A stretch of DNA of 64,000 nt from an uncultured SAR86 cluster bacterium (GCA_902538705.1 CACBGD010000001.1:134720-198719); one strand, 5' to 3'; positions 38,574 through 50,741 are shown, counted from the first letter of the stretch. A program made the numbers and translations. Notes: a model not told the origin generated them from the sequence alone.

Positions 38574-41273
38574 ATGGAAAAACTGTATCGCAAAGCAGAA
38601 AAATATAATTATCTTCAGTGGAATCATTTTCACCTGAAAGCCTCTAAATTCTCAGAATCTTTTAAAGATGCTAGAAGCGAAAAAGAGGAGGCTCAGTTAT
38701 TTTGGATTAGATTTTTTGAAATTTTTGATATTAAAATTGAAAGAATAAAAGCAAGATTTGAATCCAATGAAAGTAGGAATGGCGGTTTTATAGATTTTTT
38801 GTGGAAGTCAAAAATATTAATAGAACATAAATCTAAAGGAAAAGATTTAGATGCTGCATTTGATCAAGCTTCAGGTTATTTTTCAGGACTTCCTCAAAGA
38901 GACTTGCCAACACATATTTGCGTATGCGATTTTGAAAGATTTAAATTAATTGATTTAGTTAACAGGACTGAGCATCAATTTTGCCTTCAAGAATTGGCAG
39001 ATAATATTAAATTATTTGCATTTCTTTTAGGCTTTAAAAGCTTGCCCGTTAATTCTCAGGAAGAAGTAAATGTTAAAGCGGCAAAAAGTATGGGGCTTCT
39101 TCACAGAAGTCTAATAAAGAATAACTATATAAATGATGCAGATATATTTTTAACAAGGCTATTATTTTGTTTCTTTGCAGAGAACACAGGGATATTTAAA
39201 GATAATCAATTTATAGACTTGATTGTTGAGCATACGCAACAAGATGGAAGCGATTTGGGCCCCATCATGGTTGAACTCTTTCATGTTTTAAATACAAAAT
39301 ATGAAGAGAGACTAACCAACAGAAATACTTACTTCAAAGACTTTCCTTATGTAAATGGAAACTTATTTGAAAAACCTGTCGTTATTCCTGCATTCACCGA
39401 AGCTGAAAGAGATTTAATCATTAAACTTGCTAGCCTAAATTGGTCTAAGATTTCGCCTGATATTTTTGGTAATATTTTTCAATCAGCTCTCACAGCAGAT
39501 GAAAGGCATGATGCTGGAGCGCACTATACCTCTGAAGACATAATTCAAAGAGTAATCAAGCCTTCATTCTTAGATGATTTTTGGGATCAATTTTTCAGAT
39601 GTAGAAATAAACCAAGCTTCCTCAAACTTCATGAAGAAATATCTTCAATTAATATTTTTGATCCAGCTTGTGGGTGCGGGAATTTCCTGATTATTTCTTA
39701 TATTGAATTAAGAAGATTGGAGAATGCAATTATTCAGAAATTATCAGATGATAGTAGCCAAGGCGTCCTAAATATAGAGACTCTTGTGAGGGTTTCTATT
39801 AATCAATTTTATGGAATAGAGATAGACCATTTTGCTGCTGAGGTTGCAAGAGTGAGTATGTGGTTGGCTGAGCACCAAATGAATGTTGAAACAGGAAAAT
39901 TATTTGGACAAAACTTCGTAAAGCTACCCCTTGATACTAATAAAAATATTATAAACAAGGACGCTTTAACTTTTAATTGGGCCGAACTGTGTAGTCCACT
40001 TAATTGCGTTATAGTTGGCAATCCTCCATATTTAGGAAAAAGTGAAATCTCAGAATCCCAAAAGCAAGCTTTTACTGATTTGGTAACTGAAATACCAAGG
40101 GGGGGGACCTTAGATTATGTTTCAGCCTGGTTAATAAAGGCCTCTAACTTTGCTGTTGAGAATTCTAAATTTTCATTTGTTGTATCCAGCTCTATATGCC
40201 AAGGAGAACAAAATGAACCAATATGGAAATATATCATTGAAAAAGGCTGTTCTATATTTTCTGCACATAAACCATTTAGTTGGAAATCAAATGGACCAAA
40301 TGCAGCCGCTGTAGATTGCATTATTATTTCTTTGTCAAAATCTGACCAACATAAAAAATATTTATATGAAGGAAAAATTGGAGATCCTATTCTTGGAAAT
40401 GAGGTAAAAAAGATTTCTAATTATCTTACTGATGCAGAAAATATATTCATAAAATCAAGAAATACCCCAATAAGCAATATTCCAGAAGCATCATTTGGAT
40501 GTATGCCAAATGATGGCGGAGGCTTAATTTTTTCTGAGGAGGAAAAGAATCTTACTCTTGAAGAAGATAAGAATCTTTCTCAGTACTTTAAAGTATATGT
40601 ATCTGGTAAATCATCTCTCACTAATGAGCATAGGTTCTGTTTATGGACTCCTGAACAATTTCCTTCCAATGCAAGAAACTCTAAAATATTAATGAAGAGA
40701 ATTGAGCAAGTTACAGAGTATAGATCATCCAGCAAGAGACTTGTAACTCAACAGTTAGCAAACTATCCCTATAAATTTGGAGAAATAAGATATAAAAATC
40801 AACCCTTTATTTTTATACCATGTACTTCCTCTGAAAATAGATCGATAATACCAATGTCATTTTTCGACGATTCATATATACCTGCAAATTCTGGAATTGC
40901 AATATTCACAGAAGAAATGTGGTTATTCTCATTACTTCAGTCAAAAATGCATGCAGTTTGGGCTCAAAATATCTCAGGGAGGTTAACAAGCAGATTGAGG
41001 TACTCAATTAACGTCGTTTATAACAATTTCCCGGTACCTCATATTAACAATGACATTAAGCAAAAGCTTTCAAATTCAGGAAAAAAACTATTGGAAGAAA
41101 GAAGCAAGCTTAATTCTTCTTTAGAGGAAATCTACAATCCAAAAATTGGAATGCCGGTAGCTATTGGCAAGGTTCATGATGAAATTAATTTTCTTGTTGA
41201 TAAGGCTTATGATTTTAGGAATGAAGATAGATTCAAGAATCTTACAGAGCTCTATCTAAGACTTAATACATGA
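38574..41273 (+). CDS. MmeI-family (type IIL/IIG) bifunctional restriction endonuclease / N6-adenine DNA methyltransferase
   Basis: 899 aa single polypeptide. N-terminal D-x9-E-x-K nuclease motif (FIDFLWKSKILIEHK), GAHYTSEDII, SAM motif I DPACGCGNFL, motif IV VGNPPYLG, and a long C-terminal target-recognition-like region. No separate M or S gene adjacent. Confidence 0.75.
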   Translation: MEKLYRKAEKYNYLQWNHFHLKASKFSESFKDARSEKEEAQLFWIRFFEIFDIKIERIKARFESNESRNGGFIDFLWKSKILIEHKSKGKDLDAAFDQASGYFSGLPQRDLPTHICVCDFERFKLIDLVNRTEHQFCLQELADNIKLFAFLLGFKSLPVNSQEEVNVKAAKSMGLLHRSLIKNNYINDADIFLTRLLFCFFAENTGIFKDNQFIDLIVEHTQQDGSDLGPIMVELFHVLNTKYEERLTNRNTYFKDFPYVNGNLFEKPVVIPAFTEAERDLIIKLASLNWSKISPDIFGNIFQSALTADERHDAGAHYTSEDIIQRVIKPSFLDDFWDQFFRCRNKPSFLKLHEEISSINIFDPACGCGNFLIISYIELRRLENAIIQKLSDDSSQGVLNIETLVRVSINQFYGIEIDHFAAEVARVSMWLAEHQMNVETGKLFGQNFVKLPLDTNKNIINKDALTFNWAELCSPLNCVIVGNPPYLGKSEISESQKQAFTDLVTEIPRGGTLDYVSAWLIKASNFAVENSKFSFVVSSSICQGEQNEPIWKYIIEKGCSIFSAHKPFSWKSNGPNAAAVDCIIISLSKSDQHKKYLYEGKIGDPILGNEVKKISNYLTDAENIFIKSRNTPISNIPEASFGCMPNDGGGLIFSEEEKNLTLEEDKNLSQYFKVYVSGKSSLTNEHRFCLWTPEQFPSNARNSKILMKRIEQVTEYRSSSKRLVTQQLANYPYKFGEIRYKNQPFIFIPCTSSENRSIIPMSFFDDSYIPANSGIAIFTEEMWLFSLLQSKMHAVWAQNISGRLTSRLRYSINVVYNNFPVPHINNDIKQKLSNSGKKLLEERSKLNSSLEEIYNPKIGMPVAIGKVHDEINFLVDKAYDFRNEDRFKNLTELYLRLNT

Positions 41274-41310
41274 TAAAAAACTTCTGTTGATTTTATTTGA
41301 TTTAAGGAAG

Positions 41311-41343
41311 AGGTCGATACTTCGAGTCCACCCAGACTCATCA
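41311..41343 (+). repeat. Degenerate direct repeat of the tRNA-Ile 3' end (att-like)
   Basis: AGGTCGATACTTCGAGTCCACCCAGACTCATCA compared with tRNA positions 38355-38387. TTCGAGTCCACCCAGAC (41321-41337) is identical to 38365-38381. Confidence 0.7.
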
Positions 41344-41420
41344 TCTTTTTCAGACCTGACACAAAAAGTTTCTTATAGGCCACACTTACAGTAATTTTTT
41401 CAAGTAAAATTGTTATTGTT

Positions 41421-42974
41421 ATGCATAGAGTTCTTTACTTTCTAACATTCTTTTTTTCAATAACTCTTCTGTCTCATCAGAATTCGTCTATTGAGAAGTA
41501 TCCTTATGAAATGGCACATGTTCCAACACCTCTGCCAGATAGAGTAGTCTTAACTTGGAATGATGATCCTGCAACAACCCAAGCAGTAACATGGAGAACT
41601 GATACATCCATTGAAGTAGGGTTTGCACAGCTTGCTGTAGCAAATGCAAATGGGAGGGCGCTTAAGCCAGACGAATTTAAAGCAGAAACAAGTTATTTCG
41701 AGAGTGATATTAATGAGGCACATTACCATAGTGTTACTTTCAAGAATCTTCAGCCTAATACTCTATATGCCTATAGAGTTGGAGATGGAGTAAATTGGAC
41801 TGAGTATTACCATTTTAAAACTGCAAGCTCTTCAGAAGAACCCTTCAGTTTCATTTATTTTGGTGATGCTCAAAATGAGGTAAAGACTCATTGGTCCAGA
41901 GTTTTTAGGGAAGCTTTTCGTGATGCGCCAAGAGCTGCATTTACTCTCCATGCTGGTGACTTGATTGATATTCATAATATGGACTCACAATGGGGTGAAT
42001 GGCATCAAGGCCCTGATTGGGTAAATGGAACGATTCCGGTTATAGCAACTCCAGGTAATCATGAATATCAAAAAGACTCAGAGACAAAACGTATTTGGAC
42101 AACAAAAGATGAAAGGAATATCAATATCGATATAACTTCATTAGATAATAATGATGGAGTTTTGATAGTAAGCATTGAGGATCCAGAGGGCAGAGAAGGA
42201 GTTATGAGGGTAAGTGAAGTCGGGATAATAATTGATGCTGATAAAGATATCGAAACAATTACAGGATTTCAAAAAGATGAATTAGTGAATAAGTTAATTT
42301 TAGGAGGGCAGGCGCCGTTATATGATCGCTTGCGCAATCCATCAAATATAGAGATTGTAAGCAATCATTGGAGACCCCAATTTTCTTTCCCAATACAAGA
42401 TGTTCCTGACGAAAGGCTTAAAGAAACCACTTATTTTATTGATTATCAAGGAGTAAGGTTTATCTCACTTGATTCAAACATTGCAATAGAACAACAAAAG
42501 TCATGGCTTCGGAAAGTGCTTCGAGATAATCCTAACCGTTGGACAATTTTGACCTTTCATCATCCGCTTTATTCTCCTGCATCAAGCAGAGACAATGTGG
42601 CTATTCGAGAGCAGTGGAAGCCTATTTTAGATGAGTTTAGGGTGGACCTTGTTCTCAGCGGCCATGATCACAGCTACTCAAGAACGGGATTTGTCGATGC
42701 CAAAAGTATAAAAAATGTTCCAGCTGGATATAAGCAAGCTTATGATCCAGAAATAGGAACCGTTCATGTTGTTTCAGTTAGTGGACCCAAACTTTATGAG
42801 ATTACAAAAGGTAAATTTGCTAAAAAGTTCGGCGAGAATACTCAGCTTTATCAAATTATAGATATTGAGAAAAATAATTTGAGATTTCGTGCTTTTACAG
42901 CCACAGGCGAACTTTTTGATGAATTTCTTCTACAGAAGCAATCAAACAAGCCAAACAAACTAATTGAGAAATAG
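41421..42974 (+). CDS. Secreted purple-acid-phosphatase-like metallophosphoesterase
   Basis: 517 aa with signal peptide and PAP N-terminal FN3-like region (VVLTWNDDPATTQAVTWRT...YAYRVGDG). All five metallophosphoesterase blocks are present: GDAQNE, HAGDLID, GNHEY, FHHPLYS, GHDHSYSR. Confidence 0.75.
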   Translation: MHRVLYFLTFFFSITLLSHQNSSIEKYPYEMAHVPTPLPDRVVLTWNDDPATTQAVTWRTDTSIEVGFAQLAVANANGRALKPDEFKAETSYFESDINEAHYHSVTFKNLQPNTLYAYRVGDGVNWTEYYHFKTASSSEEPFSFIYFGDAQNEVKTHWSRVFREAFRDAPRAAFTLHAGDLIDIHNMDSQWGEWHQGPDWVNGTIPVIATPGNHEYQKDSETKRIWTTKDERNINIDITSLDNNDGVLIVSIEDPEGREGVMRVSEVGIIIDADKDIETITGFQKDELVNKLILGGQAPLYDRLRNPSNIEIVSNHWRPQFSFPIQDVPDERLKETTYFIDYQGVRFISLDSNIAIEQQKSWLRKVLRDNPNRWTILTFHHPLYSPASSRDNVAIREQWKPILDEFRVDLVLSGHDHSYSRTGFVDAKSIKNVPAGYKQAYDPEIGTVHVVSVSGPKLYEITKGKFAKKFGENTQLYQIIDIEKNNLRFRAFTATGELFDEFLLQKQSNKPNKLIEK

Positions 42975-42988
42975 ATCTAAGAATCTAC

Positions 42989-43540
42989 TTACTTCCACTT
43001 GATGTTGCATCCCATCGAAGGGAACTGATCAGCATTAACATCTTTATTATTTAGTACATTCTCTATGGCGTTCCTGAGGTCTTCACCTGTCGGCTCAAAT
43101 CCTGAGTTAGGAGAGCTTTCATCAAGTCTTCCACGATATACAAGCTTTTGAGATGAATCAAAGAGATAAAACTCAGGTGTACACTCAGCCTTATACTGTT
43201 TTGCAACATCTTGAGTTGAATCAAATAGATATGGAAATGATAATCCAAGCTGTGCCCACAATTCCCTCATTTTATCTGGACCGTCCTGAGGATATTCTTC
43301 AATGTCATTTGAACTTATTGCCACCATATTAATAGCGTTATCAAAATCATTTGCAAGGCGCTGAATTTCATCATGATAATGAATGACATAAGGACAATGA
43401 TTACAAATAAACATTATTAATGAAGGTTTAATTTCATCAAGCTCGCTTGAGGAAAAGTTATTGCCACTGACAGTATTAAGAAGATTAAATTCTTTTAGAT
43501 TAGAACCAAGTTCCAACATGCTTGAGTATGTGAGAGCCAT
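42989..43540 (-). CDS. Thioredoxin-fold (AhpC/TSA-redoxin-like) protein
   Basis: 183 aa. Contains a CNHCPY redox motif in a thioredoxin-fold context. Confidence 0.7.
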   Translation of the reverse strand: MALTYSSMLELGSNLKEFNLLNTVSGNNFSSSELDEIKPSLIMFICNHCPYVIHYHDEIQRLANDFDNAINMVAISSNDIEEYPQDGPDKMRELWAQLGLSFPYLFDSTQDVAKQYKAECTPEFYLFDSSQKLVYRGRLDESSPNSGFEPTGEDLRNAIENVLNNKDVNADQFPSMGCNIKWK

Positions 43541-43564
43541 CGACCTATTTTAGAACAAATTTTA

Positions 43565-43591
43565 AAAGAATGGGCTGACCGAAGCCAGCCC
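43565..43591 (-). terminator. Rho-independent terminator after the large lipoprotein gene
   Basis: Minus strand GGGCTG-GCTTCGGT-CAGCCC followed by ATTCTTTT. Confidence 0.6.
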
Positions 43592-43612
43592 GAGGAGGCT
43601 TATAGCCAAAAC

Positions 43613-45508
43613 TTAGTAGTGCGACTTTGTTTTAAACCTAGTTTGCCCTGAAGATTCAGTTGCACCGTGATATCCCTGGTCAGCAGGCATATAGAACGTC
43701 AGACCTGGCAGTTCATCAAATTGATGCTCGTGATAATCTGAACCTGCTTCAGCAGTTCTCAAATAAACGGTATGCGTATTACCAGATGCTCCTTTATATG
43801 GACCAACTGAAACTGTTCCACTGACTTCAAGACCACCAGCAGAGGAAGTTACATCTATGAGTGATTGATCGAAGGTTGTAACAATTTCAATCTTCCCATT
43901 GGTATACATGCCAGAATGGACTCCACAATGAGGATAAAGAGTAGTAGGCGTGGAGTCCGTTACTGTTAGCGTATAATTGGATTGATTCCAACCTTCTGAG
44001 GTACCGATATTATTAGCTCCATTTGTATCATTTGCTGTTGTTGATATTTCAAATGGATGAGCTGAAAAAACGCTGTTAGCGGTTGGCTCAAAAACGATGG
44101 TATCACCGACTCTTGCATATATAACCATTGCAGTTGAGTCTGCATTAACCCCATCAACCGTATAATATGAAGAACCACTGCTTCCAACCGTGTAAGTTGT
44201 TGTCCTATAATCCTCGACATCAGTAAGGTTTGTTCTTGAACTCTTATCAGTGACCCATTGCAAAGTATTAAATATAAGCTGGTCTATTTCGGAACTTCCA
44301 ACTGTATCATCAAGAATGCCCTTTAATGTTGGCGTTAAATAATCTCTTGCGGTCATTGAAAAGTAGGCTTGCTCATTACTCGAATCAACGTAGACCTTTT
44401 GTAGAAAAGATGAAAGACTACCTGAAAGATTTTCAAGCTGTGTGTTGTTAACAGTGTAGTCGGGCAACTCTAGATTCAAAAAGATATCACGAATAAGGTG
44501 TGTATCACCAAGTGAGGTTTCTGTTGTCGCATCTCTGTTATAAATAGCATTATTTATTTCATTGACAGCAGTAAGTTCTCCAGTCACTCCTGATTGAGCT
44601 TGAAGAACACTCAAGGTTTCGTAAATGATAAGAAGTTGGGTATTAACTACTGCAGCATTATTGAGTGATGCGTCCCCAATACTTAAATATGGATCATCAA
44701 AACGAATCATGAAGTTAGAATCAAGACCAAGTTTGTCTTTGAGTGAGGTAAAAGAGAACCTACTATCAAGGTAAAGTAATGTACTGAGAGGTGAAATTAC
44801 AAAATTCTGATCGGTAACAGGATCTTCAATAACCATCGAAAACGAAGCCCCGTCACTGGTTGTTACATTGAAACCGTCTTCTGCATAAATCATTCCAGAT
44901 ACGCCATCATCTACTGGGAGAGAGAATGAACCATCTGAATTTGTAGTTGTGGAGTAAGTTGCGCCTGCGCAAGTAGCATCACCATCTGAGTCCATCACCG
45001 GAATACAAACGGTAGCACTTTGGATATAACCATCTCTAATTAAAACTCCATCAAAATTTGCACTGACTGGATCATCAGAAGTATCATTGGTTACAGTTAC
45101 TGTGAAAGCTTGTGTTGCAGCAGCAGTTCCGTCAGAAACTCTCACGGTTAATTCATAAACGTTATCTGTATTTGCATCTCCAGGTATTTCAAAATCAGGA
45201 GCTGTTACGAAAGCTACTACTCCACTTGATGAACCAATTGAAAACAAATCAGCATCACTTCCAGAAGAGATGTTAAAAGTTAATGAATCACCATCCGCAT
45301 CGGATGCTGTTGCTGTAAAAGCTGAAGTTTGATTTTCTTGAGCTGAATATGCAGACGTACTATTCGTAAAAGTTGGGGTGCTATTGGTTCCACCGTAGTC
45401 ACCACCACCACCATCGCCATAGTCACCGCCACCGCCACCACCGCCGCCACCGCATGCAGCAACGAGTAATGACATAGTTAATATGTAACCAAAATTAGAT
45501 CTATTCAT
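43613..45508 (-). CDS. Large surface/periplasmic lipoprotein: Gly-rich linker, cadherin-like repeat, central unknown region, C-terminal cupredoxin-like domain
   Basis: 631 aa. Lipobox LLVAAC followed by GGGGGGGGDYGDGGGGDYGG. Cadherin-like segment ATASDADGDSLTFNISSGSDADLFSI...YELTVRVSDG...TVTVTNDTSDD. C-terminal VGDTIVFEP...SAHPFEI...TLYPHCGVHSGMYTNGKIEIV matches a type-1 copper (H...C-x2-H-x2-M) pattern. AGGAGG SD. Confidence 0.6.
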   Translation of the reverse strand: MNRSNFGYILTMSLLVAACGGGGGGGGGDYGDGGGGDYGGTNSTPTFTNSTSAYSAQENQTSAFTATASDADGDSLTFNISSGSDADLFSIGSSSGVVAFVTAPDFEIPGDANTDNVYELTVRVSDGTAAATQAFTVTVTNDTSDDPVSANFDGVLIRDGYIQSATVCIPVMDSDGDATCAGATYSTTTNSDGSFSLPVDDGVSGMIYAEDGFNVTTSDGASFSMVIEDPVTDQNFVISPLSTLLYLDSRFSFTSLKDKLGLDSNFMIRFDDPYLSIGDASLNNAAVVNTQLLIIYETLSVLQAQSGVTGELTAVNEINNAIYNRDATTETSLGDTHLIRDIFLNLELPDYTVNNTQLENLSGSLSSFLQKVYVDSSNEQAYFSMTARDYLTPTLKGILDDTVGSSEIDQLIFNTLQWVTDKSSRTNLTDVEDYRTTTYTVGSSGSSYYTVDGVNADSTAMVIYARVGDTIVFEPTANSVFSAHPFEISTTANDTNGANNIGTSEGWNQSNYTLTVTDSTPTTLYPHCGVHSGMYTNGKIEIVTTFDQSLIDVTSSAGGLEVSGTVSVGPYKGASGNTHTVYLRTAEAGSDYHEHQFDELPGLTFYMPADQGYHGATESSGQTRFKTKSHY

Positions 45509-45588
45509 ATAAGCCTCCTAAACGTAAATAAATAGAGAGTTTCCCTTTAAGTTAATTTTTCTATTTACCGGGCGTTCAGGATATATAA

Positions 45589-45609
45589 GACAAAAAGTGT
45601 GCCCACTTT
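45589..45609 (-). terminator. Rho-independent terminator after katG (a second, longer hairpin lies at 45644-45675)
   Basis: Minus strand AAAGTG-GGCA-CACTTT followed by TTGTCTT. Upstream of it is a 14-bp imperfect stem TTAAGGCCTGAAAT/ATTTCAAGCCTTAA. Confidence 0.55.
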
Positions 45610-45687
45610 AAACAAAAACCTGACAAAGCAGTAGAAATAATAGTTAAGGCCTGAAATAATAATTTCAAGCCTTAATAGATTAAAAAG

Positions 45688-47844
<2,157 letters not shown>

Positions 47845-48069
47845 TCAATTTATATATATTATTTGAAGATTCTAAACTCTTTTTCAATTTAATTTAATAG
47901 AAATTTATGTTTTTTTATCTGTTTATGTCGATTAGTTACCTGCAGACATCTACTTCTCCAGTATAGACAGTAAAAATGACTTGAAAAAAATAAAAATGAC
48001 GTCAACATGTACTCAGTCACTAAACTCAAATACATAAGTTAATCTTGAATTAATAACACTAAATTTTTT

Positions 48070-48792
48070 ATGATAAAAAAAAATATACTAATTATTGGCT
48101 CCTCAGGAGGAATTGGAAAAGCTTTTATTAATTTTTATAGAAAGCAAGATATCAATAATAAAATTATTGGCTTATCAAAAACTGATAAAAAAGATAAAGA
48201 GTCACTTGATGCACATCATTTAATTGATTTGGAGGATGAGCAATCAATTGAAAATGCTGCAAACGAAGCTAAAACTTATGGTCCTTATCAATTAATAATT
48301 GTCGCAACTGGAGCTTTACATGGTGATGATTTTTCCCCAGAGAAAAGTTATAAGCAAATATCAGCTAAAAATTTAAAGAAAGTTTTTAATATAAATACTT
48401 TTGGCCCTGCTTTAATAGGTAAATATTTTATTCCTTTATTGGATAATCAAAATCCTAGTGTTCTTAGCTTTTTAAGTGCAAGAGTTGGGAGTATTTCAGA
48501 TAACAAACTTGGTGGATGGCATGCATATAGAGCTAGCAAAGCTGCTTTAAATATGCTCATAAAAAATTTCTCAATTGAGTTAAATAGAACTAATAAACTA
48601 GCAAAAGTTATTGGTCTTCATCCGGGTACAGTTGATACTCGGCTGAGCAAGCCATTTCAAAGAAATGTTCCAGAAAATAAGCTTTTTACACCAGAGTTTG
48701 CAGCTATTTCAATGGCCTCGGTAATAAGTAATCTTCATGACAATGAATCAGGATCAATATTTGCATTCGATGGGAGTAAAATAGATAGTTAG
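48070..48792 (+). CDS. Short-chain dehydrogenase/reductase (C-factor-like)
   Basis: 240 aa. Contains GSSGGIGKAF and YRASKAALN. Confidence 0.8.
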   Translation: MIKKNILIIGSSGGIGKAFINFYRKQDINNKIIGLSKTDKKDKESLDAHHLIDLEDEQSIENAANEAKTYGPYQLIIVATGALHGDDFSPEKSYKQISAKNLKKVFNINTFGPALIGKYFIPLLDNQNPSVLSFLSARVGSISDNKLGGWHAYRASKAALNMLIKNFSIELNRTNKLAKVIGLHPGTVDTRLSKPFQRNVPENKLFTPEFAAISMASVISNLHDNESGSIFAFDGSKIDS

Positions 48793-50205
48793 ATGAAAAA
48801 TTTAGTTTGGTTCAGAAATGACTTAAGAGTCCATGATAATCCCGCTCTTAGTTCCGCATGCTCTGCAGATAATGAAGTAGTTGCTGTTTATATTGTGAGT
48901 GAACCTCAGTGGAAAGAACATAATGATTCAGTCAACAAGATCTCATTTTGGTTTAGATGTCTTTCAGAGCTTGAAAAAGAACTGAATAAAATAAATATTC
49001 CATTAATTATCCTTAAATCAGATTTTTATAAAGATCATGCAAAAAAACTTATAGAGTTCTCCTCTACATATGATTTAGAAAATATCTTTTTCAATATTGA
49101 GTATCCTGTTGACGAAAGAGATAGAGATGAGGACGTTCGAAAAGTCTTTGAAAGTTCAAAAAAGGGAGTTTTTTCTTTCCATGATCAAGTGATACATAAG
49201 CCAGGCACACTTAAGACAAAAGCAGGAGGAGACTTTTCAGTATATAGCCCATTTAAAAGATGTTGGTTTGCTGAGTTAGATTATTCAATGCTAGAAGAAA
49301 TTCCGATTCCCTCACCAGTTCTTCCTTCAAGCATCACGCATAAGAATGAATTTGATATACACAGTTACGATAAATCCAGAATAAACCAAGATTTATGGCC
49401 GGTCGGCGAGAGCAATGTGAAAACAATGATTTCTAATTTCTTAGAAAAAAAAGGAAGCTTATATAAAACAGACAGGAACTTTCCATCTATGAAAGCAACA
49501 TCAATGGCATCGCCTTATTTAAATACAGGTGTAGTGTCTTCCAAATGGTGCTTAAATCAATCAAGAAACAATAACTATGATGCTTTGGATGAGGGAGACA
49601 AAGGTATTGTTCATTGGGTATCAGAAATCTTATGGAGAGAGTTTTATCGACATATTATTTTTAATAATCCTAGAGTCTCAAAAGGCAAACCTTTTCAAAT
49701 GCGTTATGAAAATATCCCTTGGGAAAACAATCCTGACTTTATAAATGCTTGGAAAGAGGGAAGAACAGGGATTCCAATTGTTGATGCTGGCATTAGGCAA
49801 ATGATTGAAACTGGATGGATGCACAATAGACTAAGGATGATCGTTGCTATGTTCTTATCAAAGAATCTTCTAGTGGATTGGAGAATAGGCGAAGCCTTCT
49901 TCATGAAGCATCTAATAGATGGAGACATTGCATCAAATAATGGTGGCTGGCAGTGGAGTGCATCAACAGGAACTGATGCAGCGCCATACTTTAGGATCAT
50001 GAATCCAGAAACTCAATCACTTAGATTTGACGAACAGGGCAAATACATAAAAAAATATCTTAAGGAATTGGAAACATGTCCTGTCAATGAAGTTCATATG
50101 CCAAATAACCCAAAAGAATTTGGATATGTTGATCCAATAGTTGACTTAAAAATCTCTAGGCAAAAAGCAATTGATGTCTTTGGAAGTATCAAAAAAGATA
50201 ATTAA
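48793..50205 (+). CDS. phrB: Deoxyribodipyrimidine photolyase (CPD class I)
   Basis: 470 aa. Contains LVWFRNDLRVHDNPAL and the FAD-binding C-terminal block GWMHNRLRMIVAMFL...DGDIASNNGGWQW. Confidence 0.9.
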   Translation: MKNLVWFRNDLRVHDNPALSSACSADNEVVAVYIVSEPQWKEHNDSVNKISFWFRCLSELEKELNKINIPLIILKSDFYKDHAKKLIEFSSTYDLENIFFNIEYPVDERDRDEDVRKVFESSKKGVFSFHDQVIHKPGTLKTKAGGDFSVYSPFKRCWFAELDYSMLEEIPIPSPVLPSSITHKNEFDIHSYDKSRINQDLWPVGESNVKTMISNFLEKKGSLYKTDRNFPSMKATSMASPYLNTGVVSSKWCLNQSRNNNYDALDEGDKGIVHWVSEILWREFYRHIIFNNPRVSKGKPFQMRYENIPWENNPDFINAWKEGRTGIPIVDAGIRQMIETGWMHNRLRMIVAMFLSKNLLVDWRIGEAFFMKHLIDGDIASNNGGWQWSASTGTDAAPYFRIMNPETQSLRFDEQGKYIKKYLKELETCPVNEVHMPNNPKEFGYVDPIVDLKISRQKAIDVFGSIKKDN

Positions 50206-50264
50206 ACATCTTTTTTGCTATGCTATATTCTAGATTCTTATTAAATTTAAATTACTTTTCTTAA

Positions 50265-50693
50265 ATGGGACTGCTTATGAATAAATATTTAGATGCAATT
50301 GCAAAACCCCTTATGCCCATTACACCCTGGTTACTTAGGCTTGGTCTAGGTATAGCATTTATCTACCATGGGATTGGTAAATTTCCACTTCCACCTGAGA
50401 GAATGGTTACTTGGTTCGAAAGCATGGGCTTTATGTATCCAGAAATTGTTACAAGTCTAGTTGCGCTTGGTGAAGTAGGGGCTGGGGCAGGAATAATTCT
50501 TGGTGGATTACTGCCAGGCAATATTGGCAACTTAGTAACAAGGTTCTCTGGTGGAGCGGTTGTCGTAATTATGATTGGTGCTGTCTATCTAGCACATATG
50601 GACTGGTTTGCAGATTTAAGAAAACTCTTTACAAGTGAGCAGATATTCTTATTTATAATTGGTTTATATTTCACAATAAGAGGAAATAACTAA
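50265..50693 (+). CDS. DoxX-family membrane protein
   Basis: 142 aa with 4 TM. Contains LLRLGLGIAFIYHGIGKF, typical of DoxX. Confidence 0.7.
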   Translation: MGLLMNKYLDAIAKPLMPITPWLLRLGLGIAFIYHGIGKFPLPPERMVTWFESMGFMYPEIVTSLVALGEVGAGAGIILGGLLPGNIGNLVTRFSGGAVVVIMIGAVYLAHMDWFADLRKLFTSEQIFLFIIGLYFTIRGNN

Positions 50694-50722
50694 AAAAAAA
50701 AGAAAAAATACTTGTAAATCTA

Positions 50723-50741
50723 AATGAGAATCATTATCATT
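50723..50741. promoter_or_regulatory. Fur box
   Basis: AATGAGAATCATTATCATT matches the AATGATAATCATTATC core at 15/16 positions. It lies 32 nt upstream of the TonB-dependent receptor ATG. Confidence 0.8.

Noticed and set aside
45395-45455. GGN-rich repetitive tract, considered as a slippage-prone phase-variation repeat or array-like repeat
   Set aside because: The tract is an imperfect mix of GGT/GGC/GGA plus GAC TAT units with no long homopolymeric or perfect unit repeat. It is in frame and encodes the Gly-rich linker after the lipobox Cys.
47971-48000. Exact 10-nt direct repeat TAAAAATGAC spaced 20 nt apart, plus the palindrome TGACGTCA, upstream of the SDR-photolyase operon and katG (possible regulator site, for example OxyR or a light-responsive factor)
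   Set aside because: The sequence is A-rich and low-complexity in an AT-rich genome. It does not match any operator consensus I can name. It cannot be supported without comparative data.
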